DNA of 64,000 bases, from NCBI GenBank assembly GCA_038321985.1, contig JBBQFN010000001.1:256001-320000 (forward strand), given 5' to 3'. The translations under genes and the position numbers were made by a program. Positions 1 to 8,986 of this stretch are shown here, piece by piece. The number at the start of each line of letters is the position of its first letter. Position 1 is the first letter of the stretch. The notes under the pieces are model-generated. The model ran no database searches. It saw only the letters and a program-made list of their open reading frames with translations, and was not told the origin of the DNA. Origin of the DNA: Cyanophyceae cyanobacterium (lineage in GTDB: Bacteria; Cyanobacteriota; Cyanobacteriia; Cyanobacteriales; Laspinemataceae).

Positions 1-2210
1 ATTCGCCATTCTGAATCTAACCCTAAACGCACGGCAATCTCGATATAATCCGCCTCCGATTTAGCGAGAGTGTCCGTTACCCCTAACTGGTATAAAATAG
101 CGGCAGAATGACGTCCCCGCATGAATTCTCCCGGACAGGTGACAATGGGTAAACCGCAAGCGATCGCCTCTAAAGTCGTATTCCCACCGGACCAATTTAA
201 GGTATCCAGAAAAATATCGGACAATAAATTGAGATTCCAATAACTTACTTGATCTTGTTTCGGCAAAACCCTACAAAACTCTTGTGCATTTAACCCGACT
301 TTCCCAAAGGCGCGGTGTAATCGTTGCCAAAATTTATCCGTCATCCATCGGGTTAAGCGAGAAATAAATACAAATTGTGCTTGAGGGACTTGGCAAGCAA
401 TTTCCGCAAAAATATAGTCATATTGGGGTAAATATTTAAATAAGGATTGACAGGATAAATAAATTACGGCATCGTCCCGTAATTGGAAATAAGCGCGGGT
501 TTTTGTCAGTGGGGGAAGTACGGGTTTGCGATAGGAAATGCTTGTTTTTGGCAAAAGTACGACTCGTTCGGAATAATGCGCAGCAGCATTATCCGGTTCC
601 ATAAACCGACTAGAGAGAAAATAATCAATAGTAGGTAATCCCGAGGTAATGGGATGTCCCCAAGTGACGCATTGAATGGGTGCAAGGCGTAATCCAGCCA
701 GCAGGGGGGTGAAGGTTTGCATCCCGATATCAAAATACACCAAAATGTGTAGGCAGTCATCTAAAATGCGCTGCGCCACCCTTTCTAAATTTTGCGGCGT
801 TTTATCGATAAGCTGCATCGAGTGAAATGAATCACTGTAGGTTTGAAATTCGTTAGAATAGCCATCAAATGTGCTGGAAAGACTATAAGAAAAAATTTCA
901 AACTGCTGGCGATCGCTATGGCGCAGCCACCCTAAAAATAGTTTACCCACGGTATGATTGCACAGAAACGGAGACAGGTAACCTACTCTGATTTTTCCAC
1001 CGTTGCTGAGGGGTGGCATGGACAGAGGTTTAGTCCAATCAGGATATTCTGCACTCAAAAATTGATGAATAAATGTTCCATAGCGTCTTAACAAAGTGAC
1101 ATCATTGTAGCCTTGATAGGATAAATAAAAATTATTTTGGAGGGGAATCCATTCCAAGGCTTGCCGTCGAACTTCGGGAGTATCCAGGGAGATTTGATTG
1201 AGTACGGTTTTTAACCCCTCGGAAAATTGGATACGATAGCTGGTAATTTCTTCCGGGGTGTCATAAAGAATGGGAAGTTCTAAGAATTTCGCCGCTTGTA
1301 AATGAAGATTATCACGACAGCGATCGCATCCAGTTGTAGCAATTTCCTTCGCCTCTTCTGTCCGTCCAAGTTTGGACAAGAGGGTAATAAAATAGGAATA
1401 AAGTGTGGCAAGATGAGGATAGGCGGCTATTCCGTCGCGATAGGTTTGAATGGCTTCTTCATAGCGTTCTAAAGCAAAGAAGCATTCGGCTAAATTCATG
1501 TAAACTTTAGCGATAGATTCCTCGGCAACCGGGAGGGTGCGAGGAGTTTGGAGAAATTTTTGTAAATGGGCGATCGCCTCGGGGTAATTGTTTTCCCGAT
1601 AGGCAGCACATCCCAGATAAAAATCTGCTCGAATTTGGTTGTTTTTAGCTTTTTCCTGATAGGCGCTTCCTAAATCTTTGAGTAAAATAGGATGATTGGG
1701 CATTAAGTTTAAGGCTTGACTATAGGCGGAAATTGCCTCGTCAAACTGTTGATAATTTAGATAAATTTGTCCTAAAATTTGATAGATAGAGGGATTTTGA
1801 ATACCCTGAGAGAGGGCTTGAAGGCAAACAGTTTTGGCTTGAGGAAGTTTACCCAAATTGAACCAAAGTTGTGACAAATGAAGGTAAGCATCAGCCCAAG
1901 TAGGATTAAGAGCAATGGCATCTTGATAGGCTTGAATAGCACCGTCACTTTGTCCTAAATTATGCAAAACCCAACCCAGTCTGCATAAGTGTCGGGCGCT
2001 AAGGGGAACAAGTTTTAAGCCTCTTTCAAGGGCTGCTAATGCTTTTTGATGCTCTCCTTTGTTATCATATAAAATACCTAAATCGCTCCAGGCTTCGCCG
2101 TGATCGGGAGCGAAATTTAACAGTTTTTGATAGGTTTGTTCAGCTTCAGTTAAGCGCCCTTGGGCGTGCAAAGCCAGTGCATTTTTGTGCAGATTTTCTA
2201 AGTTTACCAT
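1..2210 (-). CDS. TPR-repeat O-GlcNAc transferase-like glycosyltransferase (GT41/SPINDLY family); 3' end runs off the window
   Basis: Absent from the ORF track because it has no stop in the window. Manual translation from ATG 2210: MVNLENLHKNALALHAQGRLTEAEQTYQ, multiple TPRs, then GT41 motifs KIRVGYLS, HTVGK, RLAPIQCVTWGHPITSGLPTIDYFLS, DTLNWSGGNTTLEAIACGLPIVT. Confidence 0.9.
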   Translation of the reverse strand, partial: MVNLENLHKNALALHAQGRLTEAEQTYQKLLNFAPDHGEAWSDLGILYDNKGEHQKALAALERGLKLVPLSARHLCRLGWVLHNLGQSDGAIQAYQDAIALNPTWADAYLHLSQLWFNLGKLPQAKTVCLQALSQGIQNPSIYQILGQIYLNYQQFDEAISAYSQALNLMPNHPILLKDLGSAYQEKAKNNQIRADFYLGCAAYRENNYPEAIAHLQKFLQTPRTLPVAEESIAKVYMNLAECFFALERYEEAIQTYRDGIAAYPHLATLYSYFITLLSKLGRTEEAKEIATTGCDRCRDNLHLQAAKFLELPILYDTPEEITSYRIQFSEGLKTVLNQISLDTPEVRRQALEWIPLQNNFYLSYQGYNDVTLLRRYGTFIHQFLSAEYPDWTKPLSMPPLSNGGKIRVGYLSPFLCNHTVGKLFLGWLRHSDRQQFEIFSYSLSSTFDGYSNEFQTYSDSFHSMQLIDKTPQNLERVAQRILDDCLHILVYFDIGMQTFTPLLAGLRLAPIQCVTWGHPITSGLPTIDYFLSSRFMEPDNAAAHYSERVVLLPKTSISYRKPVLPPLTKTRAYFQLRDDAVIYLSCQSLFKYLPQYDYIFAEIACQVPQAQFVFISRLTRWMTDKFWQRLHRAFGKVGLNAQEFCRVLPKQDQVSYWNLNLLSDIFLDTLNWSGGNTTLEAIACGLPIVTCPGEFMRGRHSAAILYQLGVTDTLAKSEADYIEIAVRLGLDSEWR

Positions 2211-2245
2211 TTCCTTTAAAACTCACCCCTTTTTCGGGTTGCTGA

Positions 2246-3739
2246 TTAGTCGCGACGAATCCAGCTTAATAGCCAAGAAACTAAGGCAAAGGCAATGGTT
2301 CCTACGGCAATACTGATGAGAATAACCATTATAAATAAAGCGATTGAGGGTGAGCGATTGGGGGGATTTAAAGCGGCGGTAGGTTGATCTAAACTCAGGT
2401 AGATTGAACTCGCAGCGACGACTGCCGCAGTCCCGACTCCAATCGCGATCGCTTCCAGTTTAGTCTCCAGATGTCGTTCGCGATCGATACGTTCAATTTC
2501 TACAATACCCCGAATCGTGGCGATCGCCCGATCAACCAATCCCTCACCATGAACAAAATAATCTAAATCAGCTTTAATTCGTTCTTGGAAATAAGGCACT
2601 TCCTGCCTTGTAAAGTTCTCCACAAAACTCAAGTCAATCGGCTTTAAATAAAACACATCTAAATTTTGTTTGCGCTGAATTTCATCTAGGGTGGCATCGT
2701 ATTTTTTAGCATCAATAGCAATGGTATTGCGATTTCGTTCTAAAACTTGCTGGAGGCGAGAATATTCTAATGCTAATCCTGGCATTATTTTTAGCTTTTG
2801 CTTCAGATTTTCTAAATATTTATATCCTAGCCTTTTATGGGGTGTTAAATTAGAAATTTGCTCATTAACATCAGAAATAACAACTTCTATTTCTTCATAT
2901 TTTCGATAAGTTTCTTGATACCCACTCCGCGTAAACTCAAAGCTCTTTAATATTTTATTGCGATAATAAAATAGTTCAATTAAGTCCCAATAAGCCGATT
3001 CAAATTTTCGCTTTAGCGTATCATCTCGAAAGAATAAGACTAAAATATGACGATAATCCGATTGGTTTTCTAAACTCTCGATATGTCCAAATTCAAAAAT
3101 TGGGCTTCCAAATAATCGCCCTTTGTTGCTATAGGAAGGACGTTTTTTAGGGTCACGAATAAATTCCTCCACGCACTGACAAGCCAGGGTTTTTAAACCC
3201 TCAGGAGAAAATTGCTTTTGTTCTTCGGTTAAGTCCGCTGTTAACAACAGAGTTTGACCTAAAGAACTTTGAATAAAGTCGGGCAGTAACAAGTTTGAGG
3301 GCGTATTAAACTGACTGTAAATCGAGATAGAAACGGCTTCTGTGGGGCGGTCATTTTCCTTATCAGGGCGACGAATATTCAGGGCTAAGGCATAACTCTC
3401 ATGAACCCGACGAGGACAAGCAATTCCGGTGAAATTGACGGAATTTCCCTCGATATCTAGGGTACCCTTAAAGTCGATCACACCGTTTTTGTGAAGATTG
3501 ACAATACTGCCCGGTCCTTCTTCTTGGGGGTCATAAGCCTGTTCTCCTTTCGGTGCATAGTATCCCAACAAATCCAGGGGTTTTTCATAACCATATTGGC
3601 CTAAAATCTGTCCGAGTTTTTCCCATAATTTTTCGGCCCCGATTACTAGAGAGGGATTAGAATGGGTTCCGCTTTTGTTCCGGAGATGAAACGCAAATAA
3701 GTGGATGTTGGGGGCATTTACTTTCGGGTGATTCATCAC
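2246..3739 (-). CDS. Conserved cyanobacterial hypothetical protein: helical body with two C-terminal TM helices (CorA-like topology)
   Basis: 497-aa ORF. Long helical region, then two hydrophobic segments (LEAIAIGVGTAAVVAASSIYL; IALFIMVILISIAVGTIAFALVSWLL). Confidence 0.7.
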   Translation of the reverse strand: MMNHPKVNAPNIHLFAFHLRNKSGTHSNPSLVIGAEKLWEKLGQILGQYGYEKPLDLLGYYAPKGEQAYDPQEEGPGSIVNLHKNGVIDFKGTLDIEGNSVNFTGIACPRRVHESYALALNIRRPDKENDRPTEAVSISIYSQFNTPSNLLLPDFIQSSLGQTLLLTADLTEEQKQFSPEGLKTLACQCVEEFIRDPKKRPSYSNKGRLFGSPIFEFGHIESLENQSDYRHILVLFFRDDTLKRKFESAYWDLIELFYYRNKILKSFEFTRSGYQETYRKYEEIEVVISDVNEQISNLTPHKRLGYKYLENLKQKLKIMPGLALEYSRLQQVLERNRNTIAIDAKKYDATLDEIQRKQNLDVFYLKPIDLSFVENFTRQEVPYFQERIKADLDYFVHGEGLVDRAIATIRGIVEIERIDRERHLETKLEAIAIGVGTAAVVAASSIYLSLDQPTAALNPPNRSPSIALFIMVILISIAVGTIAFALVSWLLSWIRRD

Positions 3740-3902
3740 AAATTTTCTATATTTTTTAATGAATGTTATTGAGAAGGAAAAGAAGTATTCTGGGGTTTAA
3801 CCAGATGCAGCCCCACGCCCACCCCGACTGCGATCGCTAACTGAATTTATTTTATCATCCACTTGCGATCGCGCTGCTATTTCTAAACCTAGCTGACTCC
3901 AT

Positions 3903-5447
3903 TTACCACCCTTCAAATCCCTCCGCTTCAATTTGCCGAACCGCAGTGAGTGCGGAATAACTCACTCCCGCAGTTCCTTCCCCGGGATGGGTTGAATCTC
4001 CAACTAACCACAGATGGGGAATCGGAGTCCGAGTTGCTAGTCCAAAAGGACCAAATGTTGCCACACGCTGTCCCACACCTCCCACAATACCGCGATCGCG
4101 TCCCGTAAAGCGGGCAAAGGTAGGGGGCGTCGCTGATTCCTGGTAGACTATCGTCTGTGTATTCAGGGAAAAATACGTTCCTAAACGGGCAATTGCTTCC
4201 GTTTCATACTGTTGCTTTAAGCCTGCATAATCCTCACAATTAGCCCAAATTTGGGTATCTGTGAACGATGAAGCGGTAATCGTTGCCATTCCCTCGGGCG
4301 ATCGCCCATCTCCGACTCGACTCACCGATACAAATAAAGAATTATTCTCCCCAATTTCTTTTTCATAATCATATAAAAATTGTAAGTGGGGCGGACAACT
4401 CTCGGGAATTGCCTCTTGTCTTACTCCTAAATAAACAACAAATGCCCCGGATGCAGGGGGTAAATTTTCTACCCTCTGCCGATACAACTTTTGAAATAGA
4501 GTTTCTGAACCCCTAGGCAACTCCACCAAATTCACAAGATTTTGCACCGGCATATTAGCAACAATTAAATCCGGGCTTTCAGTCCAAATTCCCCCAGTTT
4601 TTTGATTAAAAATCGTCACCGTCGATGCGCCTTTTTCATTAACTTGAATCTGCTTGACGGTATGGCGCATCAACAGTTCTCCCCCATGTTTTTTTAACCC
4701 CTCCACCAGGCGATCGCTTAATACCTGCATACTTCCTTTTAAATGAGACAAGCCTTGAGGAGATTGGGATACCCCTAAAGCCGTTGCCGCATATAGTAAA
4801 GCCGTTTTTTGAGCATCCACCTGGGAATATAATTTCAGTTGTAAATCTAGGAAAGTTTTCAGGCGCTTGTCTTTTTTTAATCCCAACAATCCCAAGGCAT
4901 TCCCCACCGTCATTAGAGTAAAGGGAACCGTAACCATTGTATCAAGACGGAGGGCTTTAACTAACTGCCAAATATCCCATAAATTCCTTGGAGGTAACAC
5001 CGGGTCCCGTCCTTGAAACTCCCAGGAAGCGCGAAATAAGGTTGCCATCAACTGCCAAAATGGTTCGCTACCGGGGAACTGGCGCTGACGTTCTTGTTGC
5101 CACCGTTGCGGGTCCCGCCAAATATTAATTGGGGTGGTTTCTCCGGGCAGAAATACCGCACAAGCAGGGTCACAATCCGTTGCTTCGGGCAGATTTATCT
5201 CTAATTCCGAGAAAATCCGGTGATGAATCCCTCCGGGTTCTAATCCCGCAACTTGCGTCGCCCCCACATCAAAGGTAAATCCCTGGCGTTTGAAGGTAGA
5301 AGCGCACCCCCCCGGCACGATCGCCAAGTCAAAAACACGCACCCGATAGCCCCGTTTAGCTAATAACGCACCGGCAGTTAACCCGCCGATTCCTGCACCA
5401 ATTACGATAACGTGAGGTTTGTTTGCGCCCTGACGACTGCTTGACAT
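3903..5447 (-). CDS. crtD: Carotenoid C-3',4' desaturase (myxoxanthophyll pathway)
   Basis: FAD motif VIGAGIGGL, GFTFDVGATQVAGLEPGGIH, and C-terminal GDSTHPGEGTAGVSYSA, typical of CrtD. Confidence 0.9.
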   Translation of the reverse strand: MSSSRQGANKPHVIVIGAGIGGLTAGALLAKRGYRVRVFDLAIVPGGCASTFKRQGFTFDVGATQVAGLEPGGIHHRIFSELEINLPEATDCDPACAVFLPGETTPINIWRDPQRWQQERQRQFPGSEPFWQLMATLFRASWEFQGRDPVLPPRNLWDIWQLVKALRLDTMVTVPFTLMTVGNALGLLGLKKDKRLKTFLDLQLKLYSQVDAQKTALLYAATALGVSQSPQGLSHLKGSMQVLSDRLVEGLKKHGGELLMRHTVKQIQVNEKGASTVTIFNQKTGGIWTESPDLIVANMPVQNLVNLVELPRGSETLFQKLYRQRVENLPPASGAFVVYLGVRQEAIPESCPPHLQFLYDYEKEIGENNSLFVSVSRVGDGRSPEGMATITASSFTDTQIWANCEDYAGLKQQYETEAIARLGTYFSLNTQTIVYQESATPPTFARFTGRDRGIVGGVGQRVATFGPFGLATRTPIPHLWLVGDSTHPGEGTAGVSYSALTAVRQIEAEGFEGW

Positions 5448-5749
5448 TCGAGGTATGCTTTACATTTTTTAATAATTCTTTAAGTATAAAGTATTTTTAG
5501 AGAGTTTGGGAACGAGTCGCGACTGCCAAAATTTACTCACAAGAATGTCTAGGGTCAGCTGGCGAGTGCCTCCCTAATCTCCAGGGGCTATTTCCCTAGG
5601 TTTACCATGGCGGAGTATTTAATTGTTAAGGAAAATGGGGCAACGGTTAAAGACCTAAAACTAGGGCGGCTGGCCCTCAATTCTGAGTAGTAGATAGAGT
5701 CTCAATGGTAGATGAATCCCTGATGGGGTAAAAGCGATCGCCCTACCCC

Positions 5750-6070
5750 TTAAACAACGATAGTAGTGCCGATCCAAAGCATTTCATCATCGGCATCTAA
5801 AATATCGAGTTCGCAGGTGAGGTCGCTAATTTCCAAAATGTACTGTACCGAACTATTTAAGTTGCACAAACTTAACTGTTTGCCCGTTTTACGAACTAGG
5901 CGATCGACCGCCAGTAAAGTGCTGACTCCACAATAACCCAAGGATTTTACCCCTCCCAAATCGATAAAATAGTGGTTATAATTTTCCGCAACTAAAGCCG
6001 CGATTTTTTGCTGAAGCATCGCGGAGACTTTTACATCTAAATTCCCCTGGGGTTTAACAATGACGTTCAT
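5750..6070 (-). CDS. STAS domain / anti-sigma-factor antagonist-like protein
   Basis: 106 aa with STAS pattern KPQGNLD, IDLGGV, LSLCNLNSSVQYILEIS; GGAGG RBS upstream. Confidence 0.8.
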   Translation of the reverse strand: MNVIVKPQGNLDVKVSAMLQQKIAALVAENYNHYFIDLGGVKSLGYCGVSTLLAVDRLVRKTGKQLSLCNLNSSVQYILEISDLTCELDILDADDEMLWIGTTIVV

Positions 6071-6416
6071 GCTGGTTCCTCCTCCAAAACGGTTTATTGA
6101 GTGATTACCCTAATCCCTGATTCATTCAATGCCCCTGATAGAATAGTTCAACTTAGGTTGGTTTTTACTGGACGAGGAAAAAATCCCCTCTGCTATTATT
6201 ATATGAGGAGAGAGGGGATTAGGGAGAGGGGGCGGCTAGAAAATAACAAATCAGTAATAAAATATATTTAGGGATGCAATAGAAAAAATAGCGATTGGGA
6301 GCGATCGCCACGGGTTAGACACCGGTGGAGGAAGAGAAATCCGCAATTGCACCCTCCCCCATTGCCTAAAGAATGATTAAGATAGAAACAGAAATCTCAA
6401 ATACAACGAGTATCTA

Positions 6417-7757
6417 ATGACTTCAACGCTTGTTAAGTTTTCCTCTCTCCCTCGTCTGAACTGCCCCACCATTCATACGCTTACGAATGGGTTAACGATT
6501 ATCGCAGAACAGATGCCAGTGGAGGCGGTGAACCTGAGCATTTGGGCAAATGTTGGTTCGGCGGTGGAATCCGATGAGATCAACGGGATGGCCCACTTTT
6601 TGGAGCACATGGTTTTTAAAGGAACCCAACGCCTGGAAAGCGGGGAGTTTGAGCGCCGAATTGAAGAGCGGGGTGCAGTGACGAATGCGGCCACAAGTCA
6701 AGATTATACGCACTACTATATTACCTCAGCTCCCCAGGATTTTGCCGAACTCGCCCCCTTACAAATTGACGTGGTACTTAACCCGACGATTCCCGAGGAT
6801 GGATTTGAGCGAGAAAGACTGGTGGTCCTGGAAGAAATCCGGCGATCGGAGGATAATCCGCGTCGCCGCATTTATTCTCGGGCAATGGAAACCGCCTTTG
6901 AGCGATTGCCTTACCGTCGTCCTGTTTTGGGTCCGACAGAGACGATCGCCGGACTGAAGGCACAGCAAATGCGTGATTTCCACGGTACTTGGTATCAACC
7001 GCGATCGCTAACTGCCGTTGCCGTGGGCAATTTACCCGTGGAACAATTGATCGAGATTGTGGCGGAAGGGTTTGAAAAGAACGGACGTCCGGCATTTTCC
7101 CTCAATCCTAACTGGCAAGTCGCCACCGATGACGAACAACTCATCCCCGACCCCAGTCAAGTTATAGGCGCAACCGGAGAACCGGCATTTCCGAACATTG
7201 TGCGGCGGGAATTTATCGATGATAAGTTGCAACAGGCACGACTGGTGATGATGTGGCGAGTGCCTGGATTAACGGAATTAAACAACACTTACGCCTTGGA
7301 TGCAGTCGCCTCAATTTTGGGACGAGGACGGATGGGACGGTTGGTGCAGGATTTGCGAGAAGAGAAAGGGTTAGTTTCGGGAATTTCGGTCAGTAATAGC
7401 ACATTTCACCACCAGGGCATCTTTATGATTTCCGCTCATTTGCCCTCAGAAAATCTGGAGGTAGTGGAAGCCGCAATCCAAGAACATCTTCGCACATTCC
7501 ATCAAGAAATGGTTCGCCAATCCGAAATCGATCGCATTGTAACTCAGGTGGTGAATCGCTTTATCTTTAGTAATGAAACCCCGAGCGATCGGGCCAACTT
7601 GTATGGATATTACCACTCGATGATGGGAGATTTAGAACCGGCGCTTAATTATCCCACGCAGTTACAATCTCTCACTCCCGAACACCTCCAGCAAGCAGCA
7701 TTAAACTATTTGTCTGCCGATGCCTATGGGGTGGTGACGATTAAACCGGCTGTATAA
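6417..7757 (+). CDS. M16 family (insulinase/pitrilysin-like) zinc peptidase
   Basis: Inverted zinc motif HFLEH, NAATSQDYT, ERERLVVLEE. Confidence 0.92.
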   Translation: MTSTLVKFSSLPRLNCPTIHTLTNGLTIIAEQMPVEAVNLSIWANVGSAVESDEINGMAHFLEHMVFKGTQRLESGEFERRIEERGAVTNAATSQDYTHYYITSAPQDFAELAPLQIDVVLNPTIPEDGFERERLVVLEEIRRSEDNPRRRIYSRAMETAFERLPYRRPVLGPTETIAGLKAQQMRDFHGTWYQPRSLTAVAVGNLPVEQLIEIVAEGFEKNGRPAFSLNPNWQVATDDEQLIPDPSQVIGATGEPAFPNIVRREFIDDKLQQARLVMMWRVPGLTELNNTYALDAVASILGRGRMGRLVQDLREEKGLVSGISVSNSTFHHQGIFMISAHLPSENLEVVEAAIQEHLRTFHQEMVRQSEIDRIVTQVVNRFIFSNETPSDRANLYGYYHSMMGDLEPALNYPTQLQSLTPEHLQQAALNYLSADAYGVVTIKPAV

Positions 7758-7774
7758 AAAACAGTGGACAAGGG

Positions 7775-7804
7775 GTAGAAAGACGCGAACTTTCGCGTCT
7801 TTTC
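7775..7804. repeat. Short palindromic REP-like repeat, family GTAGA..ACGCGAA.TTTCGCGTCT..TAC
   Basis: AGACGCGAA/TTCGCGTCT hairpin. Related copies at 8928-8959 and 56271-56300; partial copy at 59421. Confidence 0.65.
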
Positions 7805-7916
7805 CATTTTATCCAGACTGGAATCGCCCCCCTGAATCGATACCCCTGAAAACCACTATAAAAAAAGCGATCGCACGGTTTCTTCTTTCATAGGCTATTT
7901 ACCCTTACCTCTTAAA

Positions 7917-8708
7917 TTGAATATGAATCCATCAAATGTAGCCCTCAAGCAATTATGCCGATATTTGGCCGGCTATCAATGTGAACTGTTAGAAATTAAT
8001 GATTCTTTACTGATTGGGACGATCGCTAAGGGATTGCTGGAACTCGACTATTATGTAGATGTAGAGGATGAATTCTATGAGGAAATCCTAGAACTTCTTG
8101 CCTTCCGAGACTTTGCCCCCCTCCTCACCTCCCTACGTCTTACCGCCCCCGATGAAGGAATCAACGGTACGCGATCGTGGAATTTAGAACCTTTAACCCG
8201 AGGAGAAGGAACTTATCAAAATCTCAGAATTTTTGATATTCAACGGCCTAAACCCGGACACCGAAATCGCAGCATCCTAGGCGATTTAGCAGAAGATGGC
8301 ATCGTCGCCCGACTTTTAGATAAAATGCCAAATTTAGAACAGCTATTCATTCACTCCGCACCCACTCTGGCCTTTTTTGAACGAAACCCTCACCCATTAA
8401 AACATCTCATTATTCAAACCGGTTACGACTCCCAAAATTTTATTATAAACCTAGCACGTTCCAGTTGTTTTTCTCAACTAAAAACCCTCGACTTTACCGA
8501 CTACTCGGAAACTTATATCAAAGATTACCCACAATATCAAACCCCAAAGCAGCATTATTTAGAACTTTTTAATTCCCCTGCCCTCCCCAGTTTAGAAGTC
8601 TTAACATTAAGATATTCCCCTTTGAGGGAAGAAGAGACAGAAGAATTAAAAAAAACCCAGTTAGGAAGCCAACTAGATTTACTAAAAATCCTCTCCTGTT
8701 CGTCGTAA
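7917..8708 (+). CDS. Hypothetical protein with leucine-rich-repeat-like periodicity
   Basis: 263-aa ORF with LxxLxL segments (LTSLRL, NLRIFDI, NLEQLFI, LKHLII, LKTLDF, LEVLTL). Confidence 0.6.
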   Translation: MNMNPSNVALKQLCRYLAGYQCELLEINDSLLIGTIAKGLLELDYYVDVEDEFYEEILELLAFRDFAPLLTSLRLTAPDEGINGTRSWNLEPLTRGEGTYQNLRIFDIQRPKPGHRNRSILGDLAEDGIVARLLDKMPNLEQLFIHSAPTLAFFERNPHPLKHLIIQTGYDSQNFIINLARSSCFSQLKTLDFTDYSETYIKDYPQYQTPKQHYLELFNSPALPSLEVLTLRYSPLREEETEELKKTQLGSQLDLLKILSCSS

Positions 8709-8817
8709 TAAATTCAGGGTTAATGGTTTGTCCTAGCAAACTGTTACAGAGGGATTAAAGAAAACCCAATCAGGAAGCGCCAGCTAGGGCATCGGTACCG
8801 TATTAACCTATAAAATA

Positions 8818-8884
8818 AGAAACTGGGTTTCTGTTCCGTAGCAGGTTGCCAATTATTAGCATTTTGTTAAGAAACCCAGTTTTT
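8818..8884. repeat. Paired AGAAACC.GGTTTCT palindrome element
   Basis: Two AGAAAC..GG/AGTTT palindromes starting 52 bp apart. Same 52-bp spacing at 42530/42582; single copy near 27341. Confidence 0.6.
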
Positions 8885-8927
8885 AACCCGTACTGAAGTG
8901 ATACTCTAAACTTGCTAAAAACCTTTT

Positions 8928-8959
8928 CTGTAGAAAGGCAAAATTTTGCCTCTCTACAG
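8928..8959. repeat. REP-like palindrome (CTGTAGA..GGCAAAATTTTGCC..TCTACAG)
   Basis: Near-perfect inverted repeat between convergent genes; same family as 7775 and 56271. Confidence 0.6.
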
Positions 8960-8986
8960 TTGGTTTTTAAATCACGATAGGGGGGT

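Noticed and set aside
506..760. 84-aa minus-strand ORF, and ORF 2039-2245 on the plus strand
   Set aside because: Shadow frames overlapping the long TPR/GT41 gene at 1-2210.
8818..8884. Possible mini-CRISPR array (repeat-spacer-repeat)
   Set aside because: Only two degenerate ~15-bp repeats, no cas genes or leader; better explained as a dispersed palindrome family.
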